Source: Octopus sinensis (taxonomy: Eukaryota). Taken from it: a DNA stretch of 64,000 nt. The notes under the pieces were generated by a model. That model had not been told where the DNA came from. It searched no databases and saw only the letters and a program-made list of their open reading frames with translations. The first letter of the stretch is position 1. Every line of letters starts with the position of its first letter. Shown here in pieces: positions 24,331-38,299 of the stretch. A program made the translations under genes and the position numbers. The stretch spans positions 35,278,001 to 35,342,000 of the forward strand of contig NC_043005.1 of assembly GCF_006345805.1 (NCBI RefSeq), written 5' to 3'.

Positions 24331-26384
24331 CAATTATAGTACTAATTAATTAATAACATCGACATCATCATCACTATCATCATTAATGATAATAATAATA
24401 ATAATAATAACAATATGCTAATAAAACCAACAACAACAATAATAATAACAATAATAATTATAATTATAATTACTTTTATTATTGTATCATGTTTTTCGAA
24501 GTTGTTAACTTCGTAAACATTGTTTATTGGAGGAGGGGAAGTGATTATAAGAAAGAAAATTGTCAAATGCCGACAGAATGATAAATAAACAAATAAATAA
24601 ACGAAAAACGCTAAACAAACTTTTTTTTTAAATGCTTAAATAGGAATAATTGTCGTGTCTTTTGTGAATGAGGCGCAAGGCCACACTGGGAACTGTTTTA
24701 AGGTGAGCACAATTGTTGAATACAGACACAGAGACAGATACTGACGGATATAACAAAATAAAGAGAGGCTCACCTCAGTTGTGGAGTGAGTGACACTGGG
24801 GGAAGTATCCAACATGAAAATGTTACAAAATAAAAAGCTGTACGTTCGTTTAAAATTTAGATATATTTTATAAAGATATTTGTAAAAGTTTTGCGATCTG
24901 TGTTCCAACTAATTTTCGTTTATATACAAAGAATATCGGAACTTAAATCGCAAGTCAGGTTTTAAAAACAGAGAAAAAAGAGAAAAGGAATTAAAAAAGA
25001 TTTGTCATGTTTTAAATATTTAAAGAAAAAGAAAGGAAGGTATAGACACTCGTTTGTTTTTTTAAGTGAATGTATTTATTATCGAAAGGTATACCTTGTT
25101 AATAATTACCCAGGGATACCTGTTTAAGGTAGTTTAGTTGTTTAGTTTTAAACATACACAAATTAAGATTTTTACAGAAATAAGATCATTCCTGAAGTAA
25201 GATTTATTATTATTAGATACATTCATTCATTAAAATTGTGTAACTACGTTTGCTTCGGAGTTCAATCTACCTATATACTTTACCTACCTGCCTATCTATA
25301 CAGCTATTTATTTATTTAATCTATTAAATGAATTGAGTTTAGTTGTCTTACCTCTGGCCATGCAATAGGTGGGGCCTTGCAATATTTCATTAAGTCCAAA
25401 TAGAAAAAATAATAATATTTTTACATCCATCGGGAGTTGACGCTAATAAAACTTTTTTTGTTAGTCCATTTCGATTTGAAGCTAATTACATCTGTCTGGC
25501 GGGTCGGTCCATCAGTCGGTCGGTTGGTTGGGACTGTGTGAAGTCGGTCGATTCTGATTGGTTAAGAAGTGAAAAGAGGAAGGGGGATGTAACAAGGAGG
25601 AATAGGAGATAGGAAAATATAAAAAGCAAAGAGAGAGGGGGATTTGCGAATGTTTTTAGTTTTAAAAGGAGAGAATGAAAACTAAAAGGAGAGGGGAGAG
25701 AATTTTTAAAACAATAGTAGGAAGAAGTAAAGTTGTAAGAGAGGCAAGAGAGAAAGAGAGAGAGAGAGAGAGAATAGAAGAGATATAGATTAGAAAATGA
25801 GGAGAGAAGGGGAGAAAGTAGAGGATTAGATAGCGAGATAAAAGAAAGCAAAAGAGAAGGGGAGAAAATAATGACAATAAAGAGGAAGTGAGAGAAAGAG
25901 AGAGATGAGAGAGAGAGAGAGGAAAAAGAAGCGAGAGAAAGAAAAATAAGGAGAGTGAAAGAGGGAAAAAACTAAAGCTGGAGAAAGATTAAGGGAAAGA
26001 TTAATGACAATAGAGAGAGAGAGAGTTAGAAAGAAAAAGAGAAAGAGAAAGACGGGGTGGGAAGGAAATAGTGAGAAGGAGTGATATAGTAAAAGAAAGG
26101 TAAAGGTAGAAAAAGTTTGATTTTTTTTTCTCAGTGTGTTGTGTATGTATTTGTGTGTGTATGAAGAGTGGTGTTTGTATAAACGTGTGTGTATAAAACA
26201 AAAGGGACATGTGAGAGGGGGGGATAGAAGAGAGAGAAAGAGAGATAGAGAGAGAGAGAGAAGGAGTTATAATGAGAGGTTTGTTGAAAAACAAAAGGGA
26301 GAAAGAAATGAAGAGGGTGTTGAAAAAAATCGTTTCTTATAAAAAGAGACAAATAAAATCAGACGATACGCTACATACATACAT

Positions 26385-26429
26385 ACAGACAGAAGACGGA
26401 TAGATAGATAGATAGATAGGTAGATAGAT

Positions 26430-26469
<40 letters not shown>

Positions 26470-26511
26470 ACAAACAGATAGATAAATAGATAGATAGACA
26501 GACAGACAGAC

Positions 26512-26574
<63 letters not shown>

Positions 26575-26579
26575 AGACG

Positions 26580-26649
<70 letters not shown>

Positions 26650-26654
26650 AGACT

Positions 26655-26724
<70 letters not shown>

Positions 26725-26729
26725 AGACG

Positions 26730-26787
<58 letters not shown>

Positions 26788-26828
26788 CAAACAGATAGAT
26801 AAATAGATAGATAGACAGACAGACAGAC

Positions 26829-26882
<54 letters not shown>

Positions 26883-26900
26883 TGAACTAGTTCATGAATA
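26385..26900. repeat. (GATA)n/(GACA)n array with higher-order units
   Basis: gacagacagaagacggatag recurs at about 26385, 26561, 26636 and 26711. Confidence 0.9.
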
Positions 26901-27137
26901 GATAGATGGACAGATAGATTGATGGAGAGAGAAAGAGAGATAGAATTTGTAGGATAATGATTATCATGGTGATGGTAATGATGATGTTAACGTGTGGTGG
27001 TGGTGATCTTATAGTGATGTTAATGAAAAGATGTTTCATAAAGCGCTACATAAACAGTGTTTGTTTGTGTGTGTGTGTGTGTGTATGTGTTTGCGCTCGC
27101 GTGGCTAAGTATGTATACATGCAAAAGAAAGTGTGTC

Positions 27138-27179
<42 letters not shown>

Positions 27180-27624
27180 AGTTGGTAGATAAATAGGAAG
27201 AAAAGGAGAAAGAGACAAAGAGAGAGAAATATGGATACATAAATAGAAAGAGAGAGAGGGAAGAGAAAAAGAGAAAGAAACTTAGTTGAAGGAAGAGCGT
27301 CGAGGAAAGAAAAGGGTAGAAAACATAAAAAGAGAGGTACTAAAAAAGAAAAGGAAGGTCTGTAAGAGAGAGAGAGTGGGTGATTGAGAGGGATGAGAAT
27401 TAGTTAAAAGACAGAGAGAATAAGGTAGAGAGAAAGAAAGAAAGATAGGAAAAGATAGGCGAATAGATTAAGGAAGAGAGAAAGAGGAAATAAACGATGG
27501 CTGCTTTAATATTTTTTTTTCGTCTTATTTTGATATTAATTTATTTATTTCAGAGTGTGGACGACGACGAGTGAGCTGTTGTTTTGCTTAAGTCTCGCAC
27601 GTGCCCGGTTTTATATGACTGTTG

Positions 27625-29060
<1,436 letters not shown>

Positions 29061-29329
29061 CGTCATCTGTCTGTTTTTCTGTCTATGTAGTTCTGAAATA
29101 GGCGTAGTTCTGAAATAGTCTGTCCTTCGAAGTCCCATATTTGATGTGTCGTCACTGTGATTAAGAAGCTCGCTTCGCAACCAGCTTTTATCACACCTTT
29201 TTAGGCCTCTTCCGTAGTTTTTAGTTGATGAACGTCTTGTGGATGGAATTGCATACATGCATACATACATACATACATACATACATACATACATACATAC
29301 ATACATGCATACATGCATACATACATACA

Positions 29330-29363
<34 letters not shown>

Positions 29364-29379
29364 CGTACATACATACATC

Positions 29380-29605
29380 AGAAGTTTATCATTTAAATAT
29401 ATATGAGCATGTCTAGATATGCAACTATATGCATGAGAATACACACATAAAATAAAACATACAAATCTGCACATATACACACATACATACAAACAAAAAT
29501 ACCCTGTTGTTGATGTTGAAATTCCAATGAAGGAGCCCTGGATCTGGGTTAGAAACCGGCTCTTTCTCTATTGGCAGGAAATCTTGAAATAAAATTGAAC
29601 AATGA
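29380..29605 (+). mobile_element. Short non-autonomous unit ending in an R4-like 3' tail, inside (TACA)n
   Basis: Homologous to 48853-49049 (minus); tail ggttagaaaccggctctttctc resembles the 3' end of the element at 47087. Confidence 0.65.
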
Positions 29606-30070
29606 CGTACGTACATACATACATACATACATACATACATACATACATACATACATACATACATACATACATACATACATACATACATACGATATGAATG
29701 TGGTTAGAAAAATAAAAGGAAAAGAGGACATCCATGGACCCTTGATAAGGAGTTTGCAAAATTAGTACCCAAGATACATATTCAGCTTCATACCAATTAT
29801 TATAAGAGCAGTAGGATACAAACCAACCCGTCTGGAATAAAGTATGGCTGAACTTGGGATCTTGGGGAGAGAGTGAAAATCCTTAATTCGTATGCTACAG
29901 ATGATTACGACATCTGTCTGGGACTATAAAAATCTGCAATACCTACTTAAGATTTAAAGGATGACGGTTAAGTCAAGATATCTTCCTTCACAAACCTTGC
30001 TACCAAGTCAGTGGTCGGTCAAAATTTACTCTACCATTAATAAGAGAAAGGAAAGAACATACATACATAC

Positions 30071-30101
<31 letters not shown>

Positions 30102-30134
30102 CATACATACATACATACATACATACATACACAC

Positions 30135-30630
30135 AAGTAGACCTTGAAACGGCATATGATCCCGAGCTGCGAGGCATGCTGTGGAATGATATGCAAGAGT
30201 TTGAAATTAATGAACCAATTCTGGTTGCCGTGAAGTCCCTATATGAATGCCTAGACGTTTGTATTCGGAGAAATGGTGTCCTATTTAAACCTTTCAACGT
30301 GAGTGTTGGACTTCGGAAGGGGTATGTATTGTCACCTTTCCTTTTTGTAATTTTCAGGAATTGGATTGACATACACAGCCGTTGCAGAAGGGGTGTCACA
30401 ACTGGTGGGTGTAAGATCAGCCAGCTGATATTTACGGACGATATGATGCTGCTGAATGGGTTCACTGTTGAGTGCTGCAAGGTAGGGATGAGAATTAGTG
30501 TTGCTGAGACATTGGTTATCTCAAGAAAATCCTCTGTGTACACTGCATGTTAGAGGAACATTCCTGAAACAAGTGGAGCGGTTTAGGTATCTCTGGGCTG
30601 TATTCACGAATGAAGGAAACCAGAAAGCTG
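30135..30630 (+). pseudogene. RTE-type LINE reverse transcriptase fragment
   Basis: VDLETAYD...GLRKGYVLSPFLFVIF...QLIFTDDMML...LKQVERFRYL; RT motifs 3-7 with deletions and frameshifts. Confidence 0.9.
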
Positions 30631-31364
30631 GATGGTCGGGTCTTTTTTGTTTTCAATTTTTGTTCCAACTGATTTCATATTTAGTGTTTAGTGTAGTTTT
30701 GTACGGTAATCATTGACATGAAATTCATGTTCGCCATAAATAATAAATAAAGAATTAATAACTTTTAAAGTTTGCAAACTAGGGGTAATTTTAGCCAATC
30801 GAAAGCCACAGACATATAGGTACCTATTTTCATTGTAACAAGTCAAGCTCTTACCAAGCTACTTACCAAATTGGTCCTTTTTCGCTTATTAAATGCTTAA
30901 AACGCTTGTTGTATGAGATGGTCGTGTGATGTACTAAAAGTAAGGCCTTAAGTCACGCACAAATTATTCTTTTGTTTTTGCATAATAATATGATCCCCGC
31001 GTATAGAATACAAATTAGCAAAAATTTTCTGAAAATTCCCCAAAATAAAACAGTAATGAGGGGTTATATGGTGTGCATAAAGCTAATACTTCATTTGTTT
31101 ATAGTTGATAACACATGCTGTCACGCACAAAATGACAACTTCCAAATCCCATTTTCTGACTGGGTAAAAATGATCAGTTTTTAAACCTCTGTAACTGTTT
31201 CTAAAAAATGTTCTGGGAAAAGTGAATTAGCCCCTGAGAATCAGCGTGGAAAGTTACATCAATACACCAAATTTTTAAAATTTCACTAAATTTCCACTGG
31301 AGCAGCCAAACAGAAAAGATCCGAATTGCCTGCCAGAATTACAGGTGCTGGTACAGTAGTACGC

Positions 31365-31790
31365 CAAATTTAGTATTCGACCCTCAGAAGAGGAGCTATT
31401 GGTAAAAAAAAAAAAAGGAAGTCAAACTTACTATCTTCAGTTCGGTTTTCGCCCCTATATTCACTTATGGTTATGAATATTGGGGAATGACGATCGCAAA
31501 TACAAGTAACCGAAATAGGATTCCTCCGAATGTTCTCTGGAGTAATGTAACTCAACAGCTCGGTCTACTATTTTTCCGCATGAAGAGGTTACATCCCCGA
31601 TACTACGGACATGTGGGCATGTGATTAGAATCACAAAACGTATTCTTCAAGTGGAGCCAACCTGCAGGACACCTAGGGGTCGACTAAGAATAAAATGGTC
31701 TGATAATATTCATAGTCTCAGTTGGTCATACTTAGGAATCCAGCTAGAAAGTCTAATGACTGTTGCTTCTGACTGGACACTATTCATGTA
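31365..31790 (+). pseudogene. RTE-type LINE C-terminal region
   Basis: KLTIFSSVFAPIFTYGYEYW...CGHVIRI...EPTCRTPRGRLRIKWSDNI; likely continues 30135-30630. Confidence 0.75.
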
Positions 31791-31975
31791 GTGGGTGAAG
31801 ATGAATGGAAATCAAAGAGGTGACCTGCAGCATTGCATGAGTAATGTTAGATACGGTTCAAATATTTAATAGCAAATAAAAACTCACATGACCTCTGTCT
31901 TACAGAGAGGCGACACATCATTAGCCTCTATACTGAAATCGTTAACAATAAAGAATAATGAGTTAATTCCCATCT

Positions 31976-32139
31976 AGGCGTAGGAGTTGCTGTGTGCTAA
32001 GTAGCTTGCTTACGAACCACATGGTTCTGGGTTTAGTTCCACTGCGTGGCACCTTGGGCAAATGTCTTCTACTATAGCTTCGGCCTGACCAAAGCCTTGT
32101 GAGTGGATTTGGTAGACGGAAACTGAAAGAAACCTGTCG

Positions 32140-32214
<75 letters not shown>

Positions 32215-32397
32215 TGTGTTGTGTGTTTGTTCCCCCCAACATCGCTTGACAACGATACTGGTGTATTTACGTCCCTGTAACTTAGAGTTCGGCAAAAGAG
32301 ACCGATAGAATAAGTACTAGGCTTACTAAGAATAAGTCCCGGGATCGATTTGTTTAACTAAAGGCGGTGCTCCAGCAAGGCCACAGTCAAATGACTG
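31976..32397 (+). mobile_element. SINE family D, full length
   Basis: aggcgtaggagttgctgtgtgctaag head, internal (TA)n(TG)n, tail gctccagcaaggccacagtcaaatgactg. Confidence 0.9.
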
Positions 32398-32644
32398 TAT
32401 ATATGTATGTATGTATGTATGTATTTATATATCATTGCTATTATGCAAAAGTGTCGTAAGTCCAAAACGTAGCTTTTTCAGAAAATGAAAAAATAGTTTC
32501 ACCATTCCATTTCTTTTTACATTGGCAACAGTTCAGCTCAACAGTAATACTTTGTTGGGTGCATATATAATCATAACTCCATGCATGTATATTTTCAGTC
32601 AGAAATATTTTTGCAAACTGTCGTATGTGGGACTTACTTTGGTT

Positions 32645-33032
32645 GGAAGCACTCCGTCGGTTACGACGACGAGGGTTCCGGTTGATCTGATCAAATCAAC
32701 GGAACAGCCTGCTCGTGAAATTAACGTGTAAGTGGCTGAGCACTCCACAGACACGTGTACCCTTAACGTAGTTCTCGGGGATATTCAGCGTGACACAGAG
32801 AGTGACAAGGCCGGCCCTTTGAAATACAGGTACAACAGAAACAGGAAGTAAGAGTGAGAGAACGTTGTAGTGAAAGAGTACAGCAGGGATCACCACCATT
32901 CCCTGCCGGAGCCTCGTGGAGCTTTAGGTGTTTTCGCTCAATAAACACTCACAACGCCCGGTCTGGGAATCGAAACCGCGATCCTATGACCGTGAGTCCG
33001 CTGCCCTAACCACTGGGCCATTGCGCCTCCAC
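32645..33032 (-). mobile_element. SINE family B, full length, young
   Basis: Near-identical reverse complement of 62436-62820; tRNA head TGGCCCAGTGGTTAGGGC...GGTTTCGATTCCC. Confidence 0.95.
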
Positions 33033-33155
33033 TTACTACGCTTCTGAAAAATGATAACCCGTTGTACTACACTTTGACAATTTTATTTTTGAAGCAGCTG
33101 GAGATACGATAGCTTGACCAAGCGAGCCGGTTATTGCAAGCAAAATTGAATATTG

Positions 33156-33187
<32 letters not shown>

Positions 33188-33429
33188 GGTCATACGACAG
33201 TTTTTAGCATAATAGCAACGATGCACAGGATATTTCGAAACGTGTAGAAGAGTCAACTTCTGTATTGAAAATGAAGGATGACACTTTCAACAGCTCTGAT
33301 AAATTTGTGTTTAAAGCCTTGTAAAGTCTTAATTCTTTTGTAGTCTTATACCATCTTATAAATATTTTTGCAACAAAATACTTACTGCGGAGAGAATTTT
33401 TGAACACACTGTATATATAAATTCACATA

Positions 33430-34300
33430 TACATACATACATACATACATACATACATACCCATGTATGTATGTATGTATGTATGTATGTATGTATGTAT
33501 GTATGTATGTATGTATGTACGCATGCATGCATGCATGTATGTATGTATGTATGTATGCATGCATGCATGCATGCATGCATGCATGTATGTATGTATGTAT
33601 GTATGTATGTATGTATGTGTGCGTGCGTGCGTGCATGCATGCATGCATGTATGTATGTATGCATGCATGCATGTATGTATGTATGTATGTATGTATGTAT
33701 GTATGCATGCATGCATGCATGTATGTATGTATGTATGTATGTATGTATGTATGTATGTATGTATGCATGCATGCATGCATGTATGTATGTATGTATGCAT
33801 GCATGCATGTATGTATGTACGTATGTATGCATGCATGCATGCATGTATGCATGCATGCATGCATGTATGTATGTATGTATGTATGCATGCATGCATGCAT
33901 GCATGTATGTATGTATGTATGTATGTATGTATGCATGCATGCATGCATGCATGTATGTATGTATGCATGCATGCATGCATGTATGCATGCATGCATGCAT
34001 GTATGTATGTATGTATGTATGTATGTATGTATGTATGTATGTATGTATGCATGCATGCATGTATGTATGTATGTATGTATGCATACATGCATGTATGTAT
34101 GTATATGTATGCATGCATGCATGCATGCATGCATGTATGTATGTATGCATGCATGCATGCATGTATGCATGCATGCATGTATGTATGTATGTATGTATGT
34201 ATGCATGCATGCATGTATGTATGTATGTTTGTATGTATGTATGTATGTATGCATGCATGTATGTATGTATGTATGTATGTATGTATGTACGTATACGTAC
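33430..34300. repeat. (ATGT/ATGC)n array, about 870 bp
   Basis: Direct reading; source of the 285-337-aa M/Y/V/C/H ORFs. Confidence 0.95.
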
Positions 34301-34568
34301 ACAAATTCGCTCAGTCACATGCACGTAAAAAATTCCGGTGTAGCGCGGGAAGAAGAACACAGTTGGCAAGCAATTTTCCTGAGCAAGATTCGCCGTAGTT
34401 ACGCAAAATTATATTCAGTTTTGAACACATTATTTGTATTATTTGTTACAATGAGATAAATGTTTTTTAAAATTTCTTTACATATTACTCAGCTTTCAAT
34501 AGTTCACTGTGAAAAGAAATAACACAATGTCTTTCCAACCGTGACAGTCTTAACAATACACACACACA

Positions 34569-34605
<37 letters not shown>

Positions 34606-34654
34606 TGTATATATACAATATATATATTTATATATATATATATATTATATATAT

Positions 34655-35438
34655 ATATATATTATATAAACGGCAGTTGTCTGTCTGTGTGTCTGTCAAG
34701 TTGTAGCCTCACCCTGACCACGGCTTTCAACCGATTCTGATGAAACTTGACACACATAGCCCAATGTCATAATTCAAAACTAACGCAGCGAAAATTTTGA
34801 AAAGTTCCCCAGTTCTGAAAAAAAATCGATAAATTCGACATGAGTCAAGAATCTAAGCTTTTTATATGCAACACATTTTCTACAGACTGTCTAGGGGACG
34901 CAACTCGACCTTTTTAACTCTCGGAACACGTGGGGTAAGTATCCCAAAATGTATAAAAATGTACAAAAACGGCAAAAAAGCGGGCAGCAATGTGAGTGAC
35001 AACAACGAAAAAGTCAAAAGTGACCAAACTGAACAAACGAATGGAAAAGGTTTTTTGATGCACACGACAAAAGCGGTTTATAGTAAACCAAGAGTTTGCG
35101 AGTAGCGTCTGAGGACCCTTAGGGTACGTGAAAAATTTAAGGTAAAACGTTTGGGGTGGTAGTTATAAAGAAAGTGTAAACAAAAAAAGTATTCGAATAA
35201 CTTGCGGCTGCAGCAGCTATTAGCAGAAGTGGGTAAAGTCTCGAATGTAATTTCTTCCTGGTAGGAATTGGTTGGGTTGAATTATCGATAGCTGTTTGAT
35301 AGTTATTTGGGAGTGAAGAGAAGACATTGCAACCTACACATGCGCCTTCGTTCCCTAGGGGGAAAGGACTAGATTGGGATTAGTCGTTGCCTACTAGGAG
35401 CTATTACATACCCGGGCAACGCTGGGCTATGCTGCTAG
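34655..35438 (+). mobile_element. Non-autonomous Helitron
   Basis: 5' tatataaacggcagttgtctgtctgt; 3' hairpin cccgggcaacgctggg then CTAG|T at 35435-35439. Confidence 0.85.
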
Positions 35439-35475
35439 TAGTTTATATGTATGCCTATCTGTGTGCCTGAGTGTG

Positions 35476-35509
<34 letters not shown>

Positions 35510-35933
35510 GATACACACACACATACTAATTGAAGAATGACCACCAAAGTGGATTCCTAATATGCTAAAGATAGACGTCAAATCGCCTTACCATGAAGAG
35601 TGTGTTCTCAAGAAAATTTCAGCAAACGCCAGAATGTAAAAATGAACAAGACAAATGAAAATATACGAAATAAGTAATGATTACCTACGTACCAATGGTT
35701 TCGTTTGTTAATATTTACGAATGTAAATATCTGCAAATTCAACAGCGTAGTCTATCGCTTACAAAACACAATTTTCAGAACTAGACACAGAACATATATA
35801 TATATATATTCCTTTATTCTTTTATTTGTTTTAGTCATTTGACTGCGGCTATGCTGGAGCATCACCTTAAGTCAAACAAATCGAGCCCAAGACTTATTCT
35901 TTGTAAGCCTAGAAAGAGAGAGAGAGAGAGAGA

Positions 35934-35972
<39 letters not shown>

Positions 35973-36179
35973 TGTGTGTGTGTGTTGTGTGTGTGTGAGA
36001 GAGAGAGAGAGAGAGGACAGGAAAGGAAAGAGTCGCATCAAATATATTAAGATAAAACTTACTTGGAAATGGATGCTTGGTGTTCACTCTCTCTCACTCT
36101 CTCTCCCTTTCATTTTCTCTCTCTCCCTTCCGTTTTCTCTCTCATCCTTTCTCTAATTCTTTTTTCTTCCCTTCACCGT

Positions 36180-36211
<32 letters not shown>

Positions 36212-36573
36212 CCTCTTTCTCCTTTACTCGCTCTCGTTGCTCACAAGTGACCATCGTCCATCTTTCTTTTCCTCACGTAATCATCTTTCTTTTTCTTCAG
36301 TCTGTTGTACAGTCCAGACGCATCCCTAGCTGTCTCCTCTCCTATCTTTTCTTTTATCAAAGAATCTTCTTCCAGCGTTCGTTACCTTACCTCGTCTGAG
36401 CTTAACGGCCCTCCCTGTCTGCATTCGTTTCGTTTGATTTGTTGTATGTCCTGTTTTTGTTACCAACTTTGACCCTCCGCGAATACCAGATTTTATTTTG
36501 GTTTGCGGGAGCAACTGCCTTCAAAGTCTTATCTTATCGGTCATTGCTTGAAATAAGGAGTAGAAGGACAGCC

Positions 36574-36710
36574 GACAACTGATGAAGGGTCCTTTTTATG
36601 TCACTTTCATGTTACTTGTCTCTCGTTCTTTGCGTACCCAACGTTATTTTCGTATTTCATGTCGTTTACGTTTTGTGACGTTCTGTACACATGTATGCAT
36701 ACCTATATAC
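36574..36710 (+). mobile_element. Penelope-like terminal repeat fragment (family HH-E)
   Basis: gacaa CTGATGA agggtcctt ... then T-rich tail related to 37080-37244, 43320-43454 and 56100-56170. Confidence 0.5.
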
Positions 36711-36959
36711 ATACATATGTCTGTATGTACATATGTGTGTGTATATATGCATATATATATTATTTATATTTTTAATTGATTGAACGCCATGCATCCATTT
36801 CCAAGTAAGTTTTATCTTTATATATATATATATATATATAGCAAAAATTTAGATTCAGATGAATTAGGTACTTAAGTTGAGGCACCAAAATTTATTACTG
36901 TATTATCCATACAGTTTCAAAATAAGGTGATTATTTTGATATATATTATATATATATAT

Positions 36960-37022
<63 letters not shown>

Positions 37023-37079
37023 TATGCATATATACATATATGTACATACCTACATATATATGTATATATATACATGCAT

Positions 37080-37290
37080 ATATGGGTACAGGACATCAAA
37101 AAATGTAGACACAATGGGAAAACGAAAACATAAAAGCAAAAACATAGAAAACGAACTTTTTTTCGAACAACGAATAAAGAAAGACAAACAAACAGAGAAA
37201 CGAGACATGCAATATAGAGAACATTCCTTTTCATCAGTTGTCCCTGTTTCATCTACTACGCGTGACGAAGGTAAGGACAATATGTGACTT
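37080..37290 (-). mobile_element. Penelope-like terminal repeat fragment (HH-E)
   Basis: Minus: gggacaa CTGATGA aaaggaatgttctct...tgtctc; tail homologous to 43320-43454. Confidence 0.6.
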
Positions 37291-37299
37291 CAAACAAGG

Positions 37300-37739
37300 A
37301 ATCAAACAAGGAAACGGACTTTTTTTAAACAACGAAAAAACAGAGTACAGGACAAACAATACAAGGAAAATTCCCCTTCATCAGCTGTCCCTGGTTCGCA
37401 CCGTCCAGGCAAAAAAAGCCCTTATTGTCAGTTTCCTGTCCTGTTTCTTTATTGTACTGTTTTTTCTTCATTTGTATTGCTTTTTTCTTCATTTGCATTG
37501 TTTTTTCTTCATTTGTATTGCTTTTACCTCCTGTTTTTGTCACTTGTTTTACCCCTCTGCAAAAGATTTTATTTAATTCCTTTTGCAGGAAGGACTGCTT
37601 CGCCTGTGTTCTGTCCTTACCTTCGAAACACACTTTGAGTCGAACCAGGGACAGCTGATGAAGGGGAATTTTCCTTGTATTGTTTGTCCCGTACTCTGTT
37701 TTTTCGTTGTTTAAAAAAAGTCCGTTTCCTTGTTTGATT
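37300..37739. mobile_element. 99-bp inverted repeat pair of HH-E termini
   Basis: Arms 37300-37398 and 37641-37739 differ at one base by eye; each carries gggacagCTGATGAagggg. Confidence 0.9.
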
Positions 37740-38018
37740 TTATGTTCTCGTCTCTCGTTGTGTTCTACGTTTATTTGTGGTATATATGTATGCATGTATA
37801 TATACATGTAGATGTAAGTATGTACATATATGTATGTATATATGCATATATTTTATTTATTTATTATATTACTATATGACCGAACGCACGCGTTATTTCT
37901 CTATTTCTCTTCTCCAAGTTTATATATATATATATAAACAGCCGAAATTTGCTATGATGAATCGGTTTCTGACTGAAGAATGAAGGCTCTGAATGACTGT
38001 CTGTTTTCCGTGTTCGTC

Positions 38019-38066
38019 AATTCGTGAATTTCACGTTCTTTATAAAGAACGTGAAATTCACGAATT
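38019..38066. repeat. Perfect 48-bp palindrome
   Basis: aattcgtgaatttcacgttcttta|taaagaacgtgaaattcacgaatt. Confidence 0.98.
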
Positions 38067-38299
38067 ATATATATATATAAAGTTTTATTCTCCCCTCTCC
38101 CTCTTTCCTCCTTCCTCCCCCCTCCTCCCCTTCCTTCTCCCCCCCCCTCTCTCCCCCTCCTCTCCTCTTCCCCCTCTCCTCCCCCTCTCCTTCCCCTCCC
38201 CTTCTCTCCCCCCTCTTCTCCCCTCCCCCTCTTCTCCTCACTACACCACACGACTTTACACATCACATCATATATGATGTGCCATACTAATACATACAC

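Noticed and set aside
33040-33350. Possible hAT transposase fragment (NDAQDISKRVEES...)
   Set aside because: Similarity too vague by eye; stops and a poly-A run interrupt it.
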